Shown here piece after piece: positions 49,113 through 52,266 of a stretch of 52,266 nt of DNA (positions are counted from its first letter, which is position 1; each line of letters starts with the position of its first letter). The notes beneath the pieces are model-generated. The model did not search any database. It saw only the letters and a list, made by a program, of their open reading frames with translations, and had not been told where the DNA came from. The translations under genes and the position numbers were made by a program. This stretch comes from Candidatus Nitrosocosmicus sp. (lineage in GTDB: Archaea > Thermoproteota > Nitrososphaeria > Nitrososphaerales > Nitrososphaeraceae), in NCBI GenBank assembly GCA_035276505.1, contig DATELO010000191.1, positions 1 through 52,266 on the forward strand. Reading direction: 5' to 3'.

Positions 49113-49946
49113 TCAGAATTCATGGGTGGACGCTCTTGGCAATACACAGACTGGCGGAAATGACAACTTGTGCTTATTCGAATCTATTAGTTTTTGTATT
49201 CGTTGTATAGATTGAACATTTATAGCAGGAAAATCATTTTCGTAATCGAGAATTTCATTGTATTTTTTATTTTGAGACCCTATCAACTTATAAACAATAG
49301 GGTCAAGTTGATTGAATGGTAACCCTAATTCCTCTTCTGTTATCTGATCAGTCCAAAGCCTGGCGCTACTTTTTTTATCTAAAATAGCTCTTGGAATTTC
49401 TAGATGTTTTGCCAGTTTTATAATCTCCGTTTTGTACAAATCTCCTAGTGGAAGTAAATCTGCAGCACCATCTCCGTATTTTGTAAAATAACCAAGAAAC
49501 AATTCTGTCTTATTCGAAGAGCCAAGAACAAGTCGGCCTTTCATACAAGCATAATAATACATAATACACATTCTGATTCGCGCGACCAAATTTCCCTCTA
49601 CTATTCTATTATCTGTTTGATCCAATATATCGTTAAAACCCTGTTTGGGAGATTTAATATCGGCCTTTTTGTACTCAATTCCCAACCTTTTACACACTTC
49701 CAACCCATCCGTGATATCATTTAAGGGAGTAACATCTTTATCTGGTAGGAGGAGTCCCAACACCTTGTTGTTACCTAATGCTCTAACTGCCAAATAAGCA
49801 AGAACTGCGGAGTCTATACCCCCAGAGACTCCAATAACGACTCCATCTGATTTTCTAGACTCTATTTCTTTTTTTATGAAATTGAGAATTGTTTTAGTGA
49901 CCTGTCCATAATCCATGAATGTTGAAGAATCTTCAAAATATTCCAT
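49113..49946 (-). CDS. nadE: NH3-dependent NAD+ synthetase
   Basis: SGGIDS, N..AR.RM, NKTE...GYFTKYGDG, SA.LW..Q..E.ELG, HK; no glutaminase domain. Confidence 0.95.
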   Translation of the reverse strand: MEYFEDSSTFMDYGQVTKTILNFIKKEIESRKSDGVVIGVSGGIDSAVLAYLAVRALGNNKVLGLLLPDKDVTPLNDITDGLEVCKRLGIEYKKADIKSPKQGFNDILDQTDNRIVEGNLVARIRMCIMYYYACMKGRLVLGSSNKTELFLGYFTKYGDGAADLLPLGDLYKTEIIKLAKHLEIPRAILDKKSSARLWTDQITEEELGLPFNQLDPIVYKLIGSQNKKYNEILDYENDFPAINVQSIQRIQKLIDSNKHKLSFPPVCVLPRASTHEF

Positions 49947-50066
49947 TAAATTTGTTGCGATTGAATTGATTTACACCGACAAAATATAAGCCAAAAGCCT
50001 AGAGAAATATTCAGCTCATTTGATAGAATATTTTAATATACAGAAATCATATTAAATGTAAGTTCA

Positions 50067-51245
50067 TTGGACACGCGTAATATTGGTTTGAGGAATATCG
50101 AGGTAGCCGACACTAAAATATCCTCAATTGACGGTGAAAATGGTAAACTAATTTACAGAGGCTACGACATCCTGGATCTTGCAAATCATTCTACTTATGA
50201 AGAAACCGCTTATCTATTGCTATTTGGTGATCTTCCAGTCAAACAGCAACTTGATGAATTCAACACAAAGTTGACTGCATCCAGAAGAATTCCCGATTCA
50301 ATATTCAAGAACATGAAAAATAAGCCAGTCACTGCTCATCCAATGGACATTTTACAATCATCGATATTGGAGCTGGCCGATTATGACGTTGACAGATCAG
50401 ATGATGGAAAAACTGCAAACATTGAGCGAGCCATATCCTTGATAGCAAAAATTCCGACGATTGTGGCAGCGTGGGATCGAATTAGAAATAATCGAGAACC
50501 AGTCGAACCGTTATCAGACAATTCACATGCTCATAATTTTCTGTACATGCTCAGAGGAGAACACCCAAAGCATGAAGTTTCAAAAATATTTGACATTAGT
50601 CTTATATTGCATGCTGAACATAGTTTCAACGCGTCAACCTTTGCAGCAAGAGAAATTGCTTCTACCCGAGCAAGCATTTATGCTTCCATAGGTGGAGCGG
50701 TGGGAGCACTATCAGGAGAGCTTCATGGTGGCGCAAACATCCAAGTAATGAAAATGTTACTAGAAATTGATAATGTAGCTAATGTAGAAAAGTGGGTGGC
50801 CAAAAGAATTGAAGAAGGAAAAAGGGTGATGGGAATGGGACATGCTGTGTACAGAACAACTGATCCACGGTCTGAAGTCCTTGCTACTCTGTCAAGAGCA
50901 ATTTCAAAGGAAAAGGAGACAAAATGGTTTGATATGACCGAAAAAATTGAGGCCGTTACAAAAAGAATAATGTTTCAAACAAAGAAAATCCACATTTACC
51001 CTAATGTCGACCTCTATAGCGCTTCATTATACTATAGTTTGGGAATTCCAATGGACCTCAATACTCCTATTTTTGCAATTTCTAGGATAGCAGGATGGAA
51101 TGCTCACATAATAGAAGAAAAATTTGCTGAAGCAGCACCTAAACCCGCACTCTACCGACCAAAAGCTGTTTATGTCGGAAGATATTGTGGCCCCATGGGC
51201 TGTGAATATATCAATGTCATTTATAGAAAACCTCAAAGCCCATAA
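50067..51245 (+). CDS. gltA: Citrate synthase
   Basis: G.L.YRGY, HAEH..NASTF, G.LHGGAN, GMGH.VY...DPR, PNVD.Y, R..GW.AH. Confidence 0.94.
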   Translation: MDTRNIGLRNIEVADTKISSIDGENGKLIYRGYDILDLANHSTYEETAYLLLFGDLPVKQQLDEFNTKLTASRRIPDSIFKNMKNKPVTAHPMDILQSSILELADYDVDRSDDGKTANIERAISLIAKIPTIVAAWDRIRNNREPVEPLSDNSHAHNFLYMLRGEHPKHEVSKIFDISLILHAEHSFNASTFAAREIASTRASIYASIGGAVGALSGELHGGANIQVMKMLLEIDNVANVEKWVAKRIEEGKRVMGMGHAVYRTTDPRSEVLATLSRAISKEKETKWFDMTEKIEAVTKRIMFQTKKIHIYPNVDLYSASLYYSLGIPMDLNTPIFAISRIAGWNAHIIEEKFAEAAPKPALYRPKAVYVGRYCGPMGCEYINVIYRKPQSP

Positions 51246-51328
51246 AGCTATTTTTGTTAACGTGGAATCTAATAATGTACTTAATTTATAAACCGCATCG
51301 AAAACTCTATTTTTAAAGCTCGGTTATT

Positions 51329-52266
51329 ATGAAGTATAGTGACGTTGGAATTGATGTAAAACAAATAAAATCTATTCAAGCACTAATAGGAAAGAGTATC
51401 AGTAGCACTCACGGGTTACCTTCTTTTGGAAAAGTAGTTTCAGGATTTGGACATTATGCTGGGGTGATTGAGTTAGGTAATAATTTGATGACTTTACATA
51501 CTGATGGTGTTGGATCAAAGATAATTATTGCACAACTTATGAACAAGTATGATACTGTCGGAATTGATTGTATAGCAATGAATGTCAATGATACAATTTG
51601 TGTCGGCGCCACACCCGTTGGTTTTTTATCATATGTTGCTTTGCAAAAAACTAATGACAATTTATTAAATGAGCTAACAAAGGGATTGGTAAAAGGTGCA
51701 AAAATATCAAAAATTGCAATAGTGGGAGGGGAAACAGCCATTTTGCCTGATATTATTAATGGTTTTAAGGACGGACATAATTTTGATCTGGCCGGTATGA
51801 CCCTCGGATTCCTCAAAGACAAAAAAAAATTAAACCTGGGAAAAAGAATAAAACCGGGCGACGCAATTGTTGGACTAAAAAGCTCAGGCTTACACTCAAA
51901 TGGTTACACGCTAGCAAGAAAGATTTTGCTTGAGAAATATCAAATTAATGATACACCTGAATTTCTGTCTACTACGGTAGGAAAAGAATTACTAAAGCCT
52001 ACTACGATTTACACTGAGGCTGTATTGCAAGTGCTTGAGACGTATGGTAATGATATACATGGGTTAGCACACGTTACTGGAGGCGGATTTACAAAGTTAA
52101 GAAGGCTAAATTCCAAAGTTGACTATGTTTTAGATAAAATGCCTTCGATTTCTGGGATATTTAAACAAATGCAAATTGATGGTAACGTTACTTTTGAAGA
52201 AATGTACCGCACCTTTAACATGGGTATAGGGTTCTGTTTGATAATTTCTAAAAATGTTGTAAATGA
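51329..52266 (+). CDS. purM: Phosphoribosylformylglycinamidine cyclo-ligase, truncated by the window edge
   Basis: Read by hand from ATG 51329: MKYSDVGIDV...GFGHYAG...HTDGVGSK...DCIAMNVND...GGETA...SSGLHSNGY...AHVTGGG...MYRTFNMG; no stop before the window end, so absent from the ORF track. Confidence 0.95.
   Translation, partial: MKYSDVGIDVKQIKSIQALIGKSISSTHGLPSFGKVVSGFGHYAGVIELGNNLMTLHTDGVGSKIIIAQLMNKYDTVGIDCIAMNVNDTICVGATPVGFLSYVALQKTNDNLLNELTKGLVKGAKISKIAIVGGETAILPDIINGFKDGHNFDLAGMTLGFLKDKKKLNLGKRIKPGDAIVGLKSSGLHSNGYTLARKILLEKYQINDTPEFLSTTVGKELLKPTTIYTEAVLQVLETYGNDIHGLAHVTGGGFTKLRRLNSKVDYVLDKMPSISGIFKQMQIDGNVTFEEMYRTFNMGIGFCLIISKNVVN

Noticed and set aside
1-52266. CRISPR array, IS element, rRNA, SRP/RNase P RNA, intein
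   Set aside because: No regularly spaced repeats, terminal inverted repeats or long GC-rich non-coding blocks seen; protein lengths leave no room for inteins

Overview
AT-rich archaeal chromosomal segment. The gene set (eukaryote-like topoisomerase IB, archaeal AroA'/AroB' shikimate entry, CofG/CofH, ThiDN, aIF-5A, S8e, BluB, stand-alone methylmalonyl-CoA mutase B12 subunit) points to an ammonia-oxidising archaeon (Nitrososphaerota), and the low GC suggests a Nitrosocosmicus-like soil lineage (inference). The window is mostly core metabolism: purine (purQ-purL-purF, partial purM at the right edge) and pyrimidine (pyrD-pyrK) genes, a nearly complete aromatic amino-acid cluster, cofactor genes (F420, B12 lower ligand, biotin, thiamine, NAD), two aminoacyl-tRNA synthetases, scpAB, and two tRNAs (Arg-GCG, elongator Met-CAT). 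I saw no CRISPR array, transposase, integrase or rRNA, and no clearly new multi-gene system. The best leads are: a Trm112-like/methyltransferase fusion resembling the OvoA C-terminal methyltransferase, with an orphan EgtD nearby; a catalytically degenerate Nudix gene directly behind Topo IB; an orphan SPPY-type DNA methyltransferase and tatC inside the aro cluster; a chorismate mutase-aminotransferase fusion; and a few structured intergenic elements. All family calls come from motif recognition, not database searches.
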